Shown here in pieces: positions 1-8,529 of a DNA stretch of 64,000 nt (positions within the stretch are counted from its first letter, which is position 1; every line of letters begins with the position of its first letter). The DNA lies in NCBI GenBank assembly GCA_963667725.2, contig CAXXHO010000003.1:2016001-2080000 (forward strand). Direction: 5' to 3'. Both the position numbers and the translations under genes were made by a program. The notes under the pieces were generated by a model. It saw only the letters and a program-made list of their open reading frames with translations, did no database searches and was not told where the DNA came from. This DNA comes from Treponemataceae bacterium (GTDB lineage: Bacteria; Spirochaetota; Spirochaetia; Treponematales; Rectinemataceae).

Positions 1-60
1 GATCCTGTCGAGTTCGAGTCTCGCGTTATTCTCGTTGTATATGGTGTCCATGTGGCTCAT
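1..60 (-). CDS. 5' fragment of probable NfnB/GltD-like NADPH-dependent oxidoreductase large subunit (runs off window)
   Basis: ATG at 60 overlaps the TGA of the upstream NfnA-like gene (ATGA); reads MSHMDTIYNENNARLELDRI open to the window edge. Identity inferred only from the usual nfnA-nfnB order. Confidence 0.5.
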   Translation of the reverse strand, partial: MSHMDTIYNENNARLELDRI

Positions 61-956
61 TTCGCGGCCTTCCCTGCAGTCCCCGCCGCGCCGGTGTTTT
101 TCGCTTCGAGGTTTTCTATCGACATTTCCAGGTGGCATCGGTCGTGATCCGCCTGCTCGAGGCTTTTGTAGGCGCCCAGCCTCGTCATCATCTGCGCCCA
201 GTCCACCTCGTGCGCGTCGAATTCGGGGCCGTCGACGCAGACGAATTTCGTCTGCCCGCCCACCGATACCCTGCATCCGCCGCACATGCCCGTGCCGTCG
301 ATCATTATTGTGTTGAGGGAAGCGAGGGTTTTAATGCCGAAGGGTTTGGTCGTCGCGGCGCAGAATTTCATCATGACGGGCGGTCCCACCGTCACGACGA
401 TGTCGGGCGGAGGTGTCCGGCCGCAGAGTTCGCCGAGCGGTTCGGTGACGAGGGCTTTTCTTCCCGCCGTCCCGTCGTCCGTGACGACGATATTCTCGTC
501 GGCCAGCGCGTTCATCTCGTCCTGCATGATGAGAAGCTCGGCGGTGCGGGCTCCCGAAATAACCGTGACCCTGTTGCCAGCGGCTTTCAGCGCCTTGACG
601 ATGGGGTGCAGGGGGGCGAGGCCTATGCCGCCTCCCACGCAGACCGCCCAGCCAAATTTTTCTATATGAGTGGGATTGCCCAGAGGGCCGAGAAGGACGA
701 CGCCGTCGCCCGGTTCCTTGAGCGCGAGCTTGTGCGTGCTCGCGCCGACGGTCTGAAAAATTATCGTCACGGATCCGGCTTCCGGATTCGCGTCGGCTAT
801 CGTGAGGGGTATCCGTTCGGCGTAGTTCTCGTCGCACTGGACGATGACGAACTGGCCGGCTTTGCGCTCCCTGGCCACGAGGGGCGCCTCTATTTCCATC
901 CTGTATACTTCATCGGAAAGCTTTCGTTTGGAGAGTATTTTGTGTTCACCGTGCAT
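57..956 (-). CDS. nfnA: NfnA/SudB-like ferredoxin-NADP+ reductase small subunit (FAD/NAD-binding, 2Fe-2S)
   Basis: Motifs GQFVIV, ERIPLTIAD, GPLG, GGGIG, VGPPVMMK, MIDGTGMCGGCRV, CVDGPEFDAH. Confidence 0.88.
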   Translation of the reverse strand: MHGEHKILSKRKLSDEVYRMEIEAPLVARERKAGQFVIVQCDENYAERIPLTIADANPEAGSVTIIFQTVGASTHKLALKEPGDGVVLLGPLGNPTHIEKFGWAVCVGGGIGLAPLHPIVKALKAAGNRVTVISGARTAELLIMQDEMNALADENIVVTDDGTAGRKALVTEPLGELCGRTPPPDIVVTVGPPVMMKFCAATTKPFGIKTLASLNTIMIDGTGMCGGCRVSVGGQTKFVCVDGPEFDAHEVDWAQMMTRLGAYKSLEQADHDRCHLEMSIENLEAKNTGAAGTAGKAAK

Positions 957-1048
957 TGGCGTCCCTTTTGCGGATCGTGCCCGCGTTGACGATTATTTTC
1001 AGTATGACATTTCTTCGACGATAGTTGAAGAGGCGCCGGCGCATTTCA

Positions 1049-1855
1049 TCACGAGATGAGGGCATCCTCAGGCCAGGTGCCCTTTACCCTCGAGAGCGGA
1101 GCCACCCTGCAGCGAGCCCCCAGGATGCTTCCCGGATTCAGGACGCTATTGCATCCCACCTCGCAGGCATCGCCGAGCAGCGCGCCGAACTTTTCCAGAC
1201 CCGTATCGAGAAGGGTTGGCCTTTCCCGGGCATCGGCGCCGCCTAGGCCTATGGCTGCCTGGCCTGTGACTGCCTGCCCCTCTGCCGCTTCCTTGCCGAG
1301 AAGGGCGGCCCTCACGTGACGCTTATCCAGCCGCACGTTGGAGAGTATGACGCCCGCGCCGATATGAGCCTTTACGCCCAGGATGGAGTCGCCCACATAG
1401 TTGAAATGCGGCGCCTGCGCCCCTTCGAGCATGACGCAGCGCTTGAATTCGCAGGCATGGCCGAGCACGGCGCCGTCGGCCGCGAGCACGGTCCCGCGCA
1501 AATAGGCGCCCTGCCGTATTTCGCAGCGATCGCCGATCCAGGCCGGTCCTCTTATGTAGGCGCCCGTCTCGATGACGCAGTCGGCGCCGATGTGCACGCT
1601 GCCTTCGATGTGAACGCCCTGTTCAATGCGCGTCCGCGGGCCTATCCGGAGATCGCCCGTTATCAGCGGGTTGTCCATCGCCGAAGCTTCGCTGCCGGCG
1701 AAGGGATCCTCGGACAGAAGCATGTCGAGATAGGCATCGAGGGCGGAAAGCGCCTCCCAGGGCAGATCGAGATAGGCGAATAGCCTCGCGTGGGCGGTCG
1801 CCGACGGATCGAAGAGGGCCGGCAATCCCTCCCATCGTTTCATGATCTGGCTCAT
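1049..1855 (-). CDS. Hexapeptide-repeat (left-handed beta-helix) acyltransferase, GlmU C-terminal/archaeal-chlamydial type
   Basis: Hexapeptide repeats, HFNYVGDSILG, GAGVILSNVRLD, KFGALLGD, GCNSVLNPG. Start moved to ATG 1855, which overlaps the upstream TGA (ATGA). Confidence 0.8.
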   Translation of the reverse strand: MSQIMKRWEGLPALFDPSATAHARLFAYLDLPWEALSALDAYLDMLLSEDPFAGSEASAMDNPLITGDLRIGPRTRIEQGVHIEGSVHIGADCVIETGAYIRGPAWIGDRCEIRQGAYLRGTVLAADGAVLGHACEFKRCVMLEGAQAPHFNYVGDSILGVKAHIGAGVILSNVRLDKRHVRAALLGKEAAEGQAVTGQAAIGLGGADARERPTLLDTGLEKFGALLGDACEVGCNSVLNPGSILGARCRVAPLSRVKGTWPEDALIS

Positions 1856-2790
1856 CGCGGTTTCCTCCCCTCTTTTCCGTATTCGTTCCACAATGGCTCG
1901 GAGTATTCCCCGCGCCCGGTACGCTCGGCTATAGCCTTCCTGGCATCCAGAATATCATCGGGATTGGTGAGGCCGAAATACTCCTCGGTCACAGGCAGAG
2001 CCATGACCTTTGCCGCGCCTTCATCCATCATGCCGCCGATCACCGTGGGCAGGTAGAATTCGGACCGGCCCCAGTGGGCGGGATCGGAGAGAAACTCCGA
2101 AAAAAGCCGCTCGGCGGCGGAGAATACGGCGGGGGTCAGCCCCCAGAGATTCATCGATATGGGCAGTTCGGGCGAAAGAGCCTCCGCCGATCCATCGGAC
2201 TGGATGGAATAGATAGTCCCCGACCTGATCTCGACTTTGGTATGCTCCACTATTTTTTTCAGCCAGCCCTCGGCATCGATGGCGCAGATGGCCCTGGAGA
2301 CCGATCCGGAGCCCGGGACGACGTTGCCCAGCCTGTATCCCGCAAGGCAGAATCGCGTCGGAGCGCTTCCGGAAAGGAAGCCATGGACGGCCTTAAAGCC
2401 CTGTTTGCCGTAGAAGTCGTCGGCGTTTATCACGGCGAAAGGGCCGTCTTCGAGCAAAGGGCGGGCGCAGAGTAGGGCGTGGCCGGTGCCCCAGGGTTTT
2501 GTCCTTCCATTCCGGGATAAATCGGCCCCGAACTTTTCGGGAATCGCCGTATCGGGCGACTGGAAGGCCAATTCCACGGGCAGGGTCCGCGGCAGGCGCG
2601 AGAGCACATGGGTCCTAAAATCCTGTTCAATATCCTTCCTGATAAGGAAAACGACGCTGTCGAAGCCTGCCTCAAGCGCGTTGTAGACGTTATATTCAAG
2701 CAGGGTTTCTCCCGCGGAGCCGATCGCCGCCAATTGCTTCACGCCGCCGAAACGGGAACCCAGTCCCGCCGCGAGAATCGCTAATTTCAT
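1852..2790 (-). CDS. Sugar-phosphate nucleotidyltransferase (GT-A fold)
   Basis: LAAGLGSRFGGVKQL, RTKPWGTGHA, VINADDFYG, SMNLWG motifs. Confidence 0.88.
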   Translation of the reverse strand: MKLAILAAGLGSRFGGVKQLAAIGSAGETLLEYNVYNALEAGFDSVVFLIRKDIEQDFRTHVLSRLPRTLPVELAFQSPDTAIPEKFGADLSRNGRTKPWGTGHALLCARPLLEDGPFAVINADDFYGKQGFKAVHGFLSGSAPTRFCLAGYRLGNVVPGSGSVSRAICAIDAEGWLKKIVEHTKVEIRSGTIYSIQSDGSAEALSPELPISMNLWGLTPAVFSAAERLFSEFLSDPAHWGRSEFYLPTVIGGMMDEGAAKVMALPVTEEYFGLTNPDDILDARKAIAERTGRGEYSEPLWNEYGKEGRKPR

Positions 2791-2796
2791 ACCTCC

Positions 2797-2824
2797 ACTA
2801 TAGTCAGGGCGTTTCGTTGGTCAA
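2797..2824 (-). promoter_or_regulatory. sigma70-type promoter, probably giving a leaderless mRNA
   Basis: TTGACC-16 nt-TATAGT, then 6 nt, then the ATG at 2790. Confidence 0.6.
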
Positions 2825-2896
2825 TCACCACAGCGCAGAATTTGAAAGGCTCTTCGCTCGCCGGCGACAATTTGTCAGCGAGTCCTGTACTGTCTA

Positions 2897-2925
2897 TTGA
2901 AAATTTCAGGAATTCATTGTACGCT
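2897..2925 (+). promoter_or_regulatory. sigma70-type promoter of PFOR
   Basis: TTGAAA-17 nt-TACGCT. Confidence 0.5.
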
Positions 2926-3062
2926 AATGGGGCTTTTCAGGCGGATCTCCGCATTGCAGCATCACAGTCTCCACATTCTTCTTTTTACAGCGAGCGGTGC
3001 CCACATGGGGTGCTCTTGACCCGAAAAGCCCATTAATCCCCATCCCCAAATAAGGAACTACA

Positions 3063-6000
3063 ATGGCTGATTCCAAGAACATGGTGATGATCGACGGAAA
3101 CGCCGCGGCAGCTTATGTGGCACATGCCTGCTCCGAAGTGATCGCGATCTACCCCATCACTCCATCCTCACCTATGGGAGAACTCGCCGACGAGTTTTCC
3201 GCCATGGGCAGAAAGAACCTCTGGGGGACCATACCGCAAGTCACGGAAATGCAGTCCGAAGCCGGAGCGGCCGGAGCGGTGCACGGAGCCCTGACGGCGG
3301 GAGCGCTTTCCACCACCTTCACCGCTTCGCAAGGTCTCCTCCTCATGATCCCCAACATGTACAAGATCGCCGGCGAGGCGATCTCCACCGTCTTCCATAT
3401 CGCCGCGCGCGCCGTAGCCGCTCAGGCCCTCTCCATTTTCGGAGACCACCAGGACGTCATGGCGGCCCGCCAGACGGGATGGGCCCTCCTCGCCTCCAAC
3501 AACGTCCAGGAAGTGATGGACTTCGCCCTCATCGCCCACGCCGCCACCCTCAAGACCAGGGTGCCCTTCGTCCATTTCTTTGACGGCTTCAGGACTTCCC
3601 ACGAAGTGCAGAAGGTCGAGGAACTCACCACAGCGACGATGAAGAAAATGATCTCCGAAGACCTTGTCCGCGCGCACCGCGCCCGCGGTCTCACGCCCGA
3701 GACGCCCTTCATCCGCGGCACCAGCCAGAACCCCGACGTCTACTTCGCGGGACGCGAAGCCGTCAACAAGTTCTATGACGCCACGCCTGGAATCGTCGAA
3801 GAGACCATGAAGGAATTCGAGAAACTCACCGGACGCGGCTACAAGCTCTTCGATTATGTCGGAGCGCCCGACGCCGACCGCATCGCCATCGTCATGGGTT
3901 CCGGAGCGGACACCGTCGAGGAGACCGTCAACTATCTCGTGGCCCACGGCGAGAAAGTCGGCGCGATCAAGGTGCACCTCTTCCGCCCCTTCTCCGTCGA
4001 AAGCTTCATCTCCGCGATTCCCGCCACCGTCAAGTCCATCGCCGTCCTCGACAGGACCAAGGAGCCGGGCGCCATCGGCGAACCGCTCTACGAAGACGTC
4101 CGCACGGCCATCGGCGAAGCCATGGGCGCCGGAAAATCCAACTTCAAGAGCTGGCCCACCGTCGTCGGCGGCAGATACGGCCTCGGTTCCTTCGAGTTCA
4201 CCCCGGCCATGGCCAAGGCTGTCTTCGACAACCTCAAGGCGAAAGAGCCCAAGAACCACTTCACGATCGGCATCAACGACGACGTGACCTTCACCAGCAT
4301 CGCCTATGACGAGGAATTCACCCTCGACGACGACGGCGTGAAGGAATGCCTCTTCTACGGCCTCGGTTCCGACGGCACGGTCGGCGCCAACAAGAACTCC
4401 ATCAAGATCATCGGCGACGAAACCCCGAACTCGGCCCAGGGCTACTTCTTCTACGATTCGAAGAAGGCCGGAAGCTATACGATCAGCCACCTGCGCTTCG
4501 GCCCCAAGGCTATCAAGAAGCCCTACCTGATCAACCAGGCCGGCTTTATCGCCTGCCATAAGTTCGCCTTCGTCGAGAAGCTGGACATGCTCGCCAACGC
4601 CAAGAAGGGCGGCATATTCCTCCTCAACAGCCCCTTCCCCGCCGACAAGGTCTGGGATGAGCTCCCCGTCGAGGTCCAGCAGCGCATCATAGACAAGCAG
4701 CTGCGTTTCTACGTGATCGACGGCGTGGCCATCGCCGAGGCCTCGGGCATGGGCGGCCGCATCAACACCATCATGCAGACAGCATTCTTCAAGATCTCCG
4801 GCGTATTGCCCGAGGAAGAAGCAGTCGCCATGATCAAGAAGTACACCGAGAAGACCTACCACAGAAAAGGCGCCGATATCGTCCAGAAGAACCTCGTCGC
4901 TATCGACATGGCCCTCAACGCCACGCACAAGGTTCAGGTCGGCAAGGCGAATTCGACCAAGCACATGCTCGCTCCGGTTCCCGCCTACGCCCCGAAGTTC
5001 GTCAAGGAAACCCTCGGCGAGATGATCGCCATGCGCGGCGAAAAACTCCCCGTGTCCAAGCTCCCCGACGACGGCACCTTCCCCACCGGAACGACCAAGT
5101 ACGAGAAGCGCAACATCGCCGAGAAGATTCCCGTATGGAATTCCGATATCTGCATCCAGTGCGGCAACTGCACCATGGTCTGCCCCCACGCCGTCATCAG
5201 GCTCAAGGCTTACGAGCCCAAGTACGCCGAGGGAGCTCCCGCCACCTTCAAGAGCGTCGACGCCAAGGGCAAGGAACTCGCCGGGCTCAAGGCTACCCTC
5301 CAGGTCGCTCCCGAGGACTGCACCGGCTGCGGCGCCTGCGTGAACATCTGCCCGGTCAACGACAAGGTCAATGAAGGACGCAAGGCCATCAATCTCGAGG
5401 CGCAAGCGCCCCTGCGCGAGCCCGAAGCGGCCAACTGGGACTTCTTCATGGCCATTCCCGACACGCCCGCCAAGTATCTCAACCTCGCGTTCCCCAAGGG
5501 CATCGCGATGAAGCGACCCCTCTTCGAGTTCTCGGGCGCCTGCGCGGGCTGCGGCGAAACCCCCTATCTCAAGCTTATGAGCCAGCTCTTCGGCGACCGC
5601 GCCCTCTGCGCCAACGCCACGGGCTGCTCCTCCATCTACGGCGGCAACCTCCCCACGACGCCCTACACCACCCGCCCCGACGGAAAAGGCCCGGCGTGGT
5701 CCAACAGCCTCTTCGAGGACGCGGCCGAGTTCGGCATGGGCATGAGGCTCACCACCGAAAAGAAGACCGAATACGCGCGCGAACTCCTCGCCGCGGCCAA
5801 GGGCAAGGGCGTTTCCGCCGAGCTCGCCGACAAGCTCCTCGCCAATACGATGGACAGCGACGAAGCCATCGAAGCGCAGCGCGCCTCGATTGAGGAACTC
5901 AAGGCGGCCATCGCCGGCGTCAAGGCCGAATGGGCCAAGGAACTCACCAACGTAGCGGGCGCCCTGATCAAGAAATCGCAGTGGATCATCGGCGGCGACG

Positions 6001-6623
6001 GATGGGCTTACGACATCGGATTCGGCGGACTGGATCACGTGATCGCCTCGGGCAAGAACCTCAACATCCTGGTGCTTGACACCGAAGTCTATTCCAATAC
6101 CGGCGGCCAGGCATCCAAGTCCACGCCCGTCGGCGCCATCGCCAAGTTCGCCACCGCGGGCAAGGAAACGATGAAGAAAGACCTCGGCATGATCGCCATG
6201 AGCTATGGCTACGTCTATGTGGCCCAGATCGCCATGGGAAGCAATATGGCCCAGACAATCAAGGCCTTCAGGGAAGCCGAGAGCTACAACGGCCCATCGA
6301 TCATCATCGCGTATTCGCACTGCATCAACCAGGGAATCAACATGACGAAGGGCATGAACCAGCAGAAAGCGGCCGTGGATTCCGGCGTCTGGCCCCTCTA
6401 CCGCTACGACCCGAGACTCAAGGCCGAGGGCAAGAATCCCTTCCAGCTCGATTCCAAGGAACCGGACTTCTCCAAGCTCGAAAGCTACATGTACGCCGAA
6501 GTGAGATTCAAGTCTCTGAGGGAAGCCAATCCCGAAAGAGCCGCGACCCTCCTGGCCAAGCAGCGCTCCCTCATAGAGCGCCGCTACAAGGAATACAGGT
6601 ACATAGCCGACAGGACCTTCTAA
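3063..6623 (+). CDS. nifJ: Pyruvate:ferredoxin (flavodoxin) oxidoreductase, homodimeric
   Basis: YPITPSS, QSEAGAAG, two CxxCxxC ferredoxin motifs, FSGACAGCGETPY, GGDGWAYDIG TPP motif; strong codon bias; AAGGAA RBS. Confidence 0.97.
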   Translation: MADSKNMVMIDGNAAAAYVAHACSEVIAIYPITPSSPMGELADEFSAMGRKNLWGTIPQVTEMQSEAGAAGAVHGALTAGALSTTFTASQGLLLMIPNMYKIAGEAISTVFHIAARAVAAQALSIFGDHQDVMAARQTGWALLASNNVQEVMDFALIAHAATLKTRVPFVHFFDGFRTSHEVQKVEELTTATMKKMISEDLVRAHRARGLTPETPFIRGTSQNPDVYFAGREAVNKFYDATPGIVEETMKEFEKLTGRGYKLFDYVGAPDADRIAIVMGSGADTVEETVNYLVAHGEKVGAIKVHLFRPFSVESFISAIPATVKSIAVLDRTKEPGAIGEPLYEDVRTAIGEAMGAGKSNFKSWPTVVGGRYGLGSFEFTPAMAKAVFDNLKAKEPKNHFTIGINDDVTFTSIAYDEEFTLDDDGVKECLFYGLGSDGTVGANKNSIKIIGDETPNSAQGYFFYDSKKAGSYTISHLRFGPKAIKKPYLINQAGFIACHKFAFVEKLDMLANAKKGGIFLLNSPFPADKVWDELPVEVQQRIIDKQLRFYVIDGVAIAEASGMGGRINTIMQTAFFKISGVLPEEEAVAMIKKYTEKTYHRKGADIVQKNLVAIDMALNATHKVQVGKANSTKHMLAPVPAYAPKFVKETLGEMIAMRGEKLPVSKLPDDGTFPTGTTKYEKRNIAEKIPVWNSDICIQCGNCTMVCPHAVIRLKAYEPKYAEGAPATFKSVDAKGKELAGLKATLQVAPEDCTGCGACVNICPVNDKVNEGRKAINLEAQAPLREPEAANWDFFMAIPDTPAKYLNLAFPKGIAMKRPLFEFSGACAGCGETPYLKLMSQLFGDRALCANATGCSSIYGGNLPTTPYTTRPDGKGPAWSNSLFEDAAEFGMGMRLTTEKKTEYARELLAAAKGKGVSAELADKLLANTMDSDEAIEAQRASIEELKAAIAGVKAEWAKELTNVAGALIKKSQWIIGGDGWAYDIGFGGLDHVIASGKNLNILVLDTEVYSNTGGQASKSTPVGAIAKFATAGKETMKKDLGMIAMSYGYVYVAQIAMGSNMAQTIKAFREAESYNGPSIIIAYSHCINQGINMTKGMNQQKAAVDSGVWPLYRYDPRLKAEGKNPFQLDSKEPDFSKLESYMYAEVRFKSLREANPERAATLLAKQRSLIERRYKEYRYIADRTF

Positions 6624-6642
6624 GATCCTGAGGCTTCGCGAC

Positions 6643-6675
6643 AAAAAAGGGTGACCCCGAGGTCACCCTTTTTTT
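6643..6675. terminator. Intrinsic terminator (bidirectional geometry) after PFOR
   Basis: A6-GGGTGACC-CCGA-GGTCACCC-T7. Confidence 0.9.
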
Positions 6676-6762
6676 ATGCGCCCGCGCTTCGCTTTTCTTT
6701 ATTAGGTTTTATGAATATATTAAAATAGTAAGATTTCCCGGCCACGAATGTGGGAGGTTGCT

Positions 6763-7032
6763 ATGGTCAATAAAAACGTCATTTCCATGCATATTCCAAA
6801 TCCAGGCCATTCCACGGGGGATGCGGTTCCCCGCTGCATCGATACGAGCGATCTGCTCGAGCTGAACCTGGAATCCGACCGAAGGCTCCTTGTGACGAAC
6901 GGCTCGCTGTGGGTCACCATACAGAATGACCACAAAGACTATATTCTCGGAGCGCACAGAGCCATGAACATACCTAACCGCAAGCTCGTCCTCGTGGAGG
7001 CGACGGAACCGACCTGTTTCCAGGTGGACTGA
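6763..7032 (+). CDS. Small DUF2917-like protein
   Basis: LLVTNGSLWVTIQNDHKDYILG...LVEA resembles the DUF2917 pattern; GGAGG RBS 5 nt before ATG 6763. Confidence 0.65.
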   Translation: MVNKNVISMHIPNPGHSTGDAVPRCIDTSDLLELNLESDRRLLVTNGSLWVTIQNDHKDYILGAHRAMNIPNRKLVLVEATEPTCFQVD

Positions 7033-7081
7033 GGAGAGGGATTGACCGCAGGCCGCCGCTCCGTTATTTTTAGCCTACTCT

Positions 7082-7447
7082 ATGAAAAAAATAGCGGCAT
7101 ATAAGTTTACCGTCATTTCAGCTGTCCTTATCCTTGTGGCCCTTCTCCTTCCTTCTTCCAATTTTTCCTCGATGCCGAAGTTTTTCGGAATAGACAAGAT
7201 CGCCCATTTCTTCCTCTTTCTTCTCTTCACCCTTTCCTACACCCTCGAGTTCAGGCATTACAACAGGAGACTCCCCGGCATCCTCCACTCCGTCATCTTC
7301 GTCCTCATCTTCATCGTGACATCGGAGCTGCTGCAGCTGCTCACGAGCTCAAGGCACTTTGAATTCCTGGATATGGCATTCGACGCGGGGGGAGCCGCCG
7401 CGGCATTCCTGGCGACGAGGCTGGGAACGGGATCGCGGAAGGCTTAG
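7082..7447 (+). CDS. VanZ family membrane protein
   Basis: DKIAHF, SELLQ...SR...D...D..G motifs; four hydrophobic segments. Confidence 0.82.
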   Translation: MKKIAAYKFTVISAVLILVALLLPSSNFSSMPKFFGIDKIAHFFLFLLFTLSYTLEFRHYNRRLPGILHSVIFVLIFIVTSELLQLLTSSRHFEFLDMAFDAGGAAAAFLATRLGTGSRKA

Positions 7448-7466
7448 CGAATATAGGCAGGCGCAT

Positions 7467-7500
7467 AAAAGCAGCGGCGTTTCCGAAGAAACGCCGCTTT
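7467..7500. terminator. Intrinsic terminator-like hairpin (UUCG tetraloop when read on the minus strand)
   Basis: AGCGGCGTTTC-CGAA-GAAACGCCGCT, 11-bp stem. Confidence 0.7.
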
Positions 7501-7638
7501 CGTAACACCTTCCTTTCGCCTGAAATTTATATTTTTTTTACATCACATTATTACCTATGAAACATAGACATGCTCATGTTTCATCTATATCATTACCAGC
7601 GGCAGAGGGTTTTGCAAGCGAAAATCAATACAAACCTT

Positions 7639-7654
7639 GTAGACAATTGTCTAC
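7639..7654. promoter_or_regulatory. Perfect 16-bp palindrome, putative operator
   Basis: GTAGACAATTGTCTAC, ~25 nt upstream of the LuxR-type gene. Confidence 0.45.
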
Positions 7655-7678
7655 TGCCGATTTTTCGGGTTAGTCTGT

Positions 7679-8464
7679 ATGAAAGCCGACCAAGCTTTTT
7701 CCAAAAGGGCGACCATGAAAAAGCCGAACGTTGAAAGTCTCTCGCATCCCTCACTGTTCCGGAAAACGGGCTTGCTCTTTTCTGGCATTACGGGAATATA
7801 TCTGCTTTTCCAGGCCGCGTTGGCGATATTCGAGAAAAGTCCGCTTAGCTCGGTGAGTCCCGGACAACCCTTCCTGATCTTCCTGGGCGTCTGTTTCGTT
7901 CTTTTCGTGCTCAGCGCCCTGAAGCCATCGCTGAATTGGCTTCAGCCCCTCATCTTTCTCGTGATGACGCCCCTGCCCATGTTTCAGCACAGCTACTCGA
8001 TGTTCAGTCTGGGGAGCTTCATCGCGGCAGAAATCCTTCTCTATCGCCTCGGCTTTTTCGAGCATAAAAAATTGGCCAAGTTTCTGGTCTCGATAGCGTA
8101 TTTCTATACCTGCGAAATACTGATAGGCGTTTCCTCCGGGGCGCGGTTCATGGAAGTCGTGGCGCCCATCGCCTACATGACCGCCTTCCTGGCCTTTCTC
8201 ATGATCGTGTACGGGAGCAACTGGATCGTCTACCTCAACGCGCCGAAGCCGATTCTCTCCCTCTCGGCCATGAAAATCACGAAAAGGGAAGCCGAGTACC
8301 TCAAGGCCCTGCTCGCGGGCCGCTCGATCAAGGAAATAGCGATAGACGGCGGCGTCAAGGAATCCACGGTCAGGAATACCCTCGCCCGTGTCTATAGAAA
8401 ATTCGACGTGCAGGACAAGTCGACGCTCATGGCGAAATGCGAAAACTATTCCATAGTGGATTGA
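7679..8464 (+). CDS. Membrane-anchored LuxR-type HTH transcriptional regulator
   Basis: About 5-6 TM segments, then ITKREAEYL...GRSIKEIA...ESTVRNTLARVYRKFDV; start could be 7715. Confidence 0.8.
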   Translation: MKADQAFSKRATMKKPNVESLSHPSLFRKTGLLFSGITGIYLLFQAALAIFEKSPLSSVSPGQPFLIFLGVCFVLFVLSALKPSLNWLQPLIFLVMTPLPMFQHSYSMFSLGSFIAAEILLYRLGFFEHKKLAKFLVSIAYFYTCEILIGVSSGARFMEVVAPIAYMTAFLAFLMIVYGSNWIVYLNAPKPILSLSAMKITKREAEYLKALLAGRSIKEIAIDGGVKESTVRNTLARVYRKFDVQDKSTLMAKCENYSIVD

Positions 8465-8529
8465 GAGCGCGCCCTTCCTATTGTATCTTTAGCCCAGATT
8501 CCTTATTTTAATCTCCAACAGAGGTTTAC

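Noticed and set aside
3168..6644. 1158-aa ORF antisense to PFOR (also long antisense ORFs over rpoB, rpoC, tuf, secY, livK)
   Set aside because: Shadow ORFs: highly expressed GC-rich genes avoid TTA/CTA/TCA codons, which removes stops in the mirror frame; no motifs or RBS
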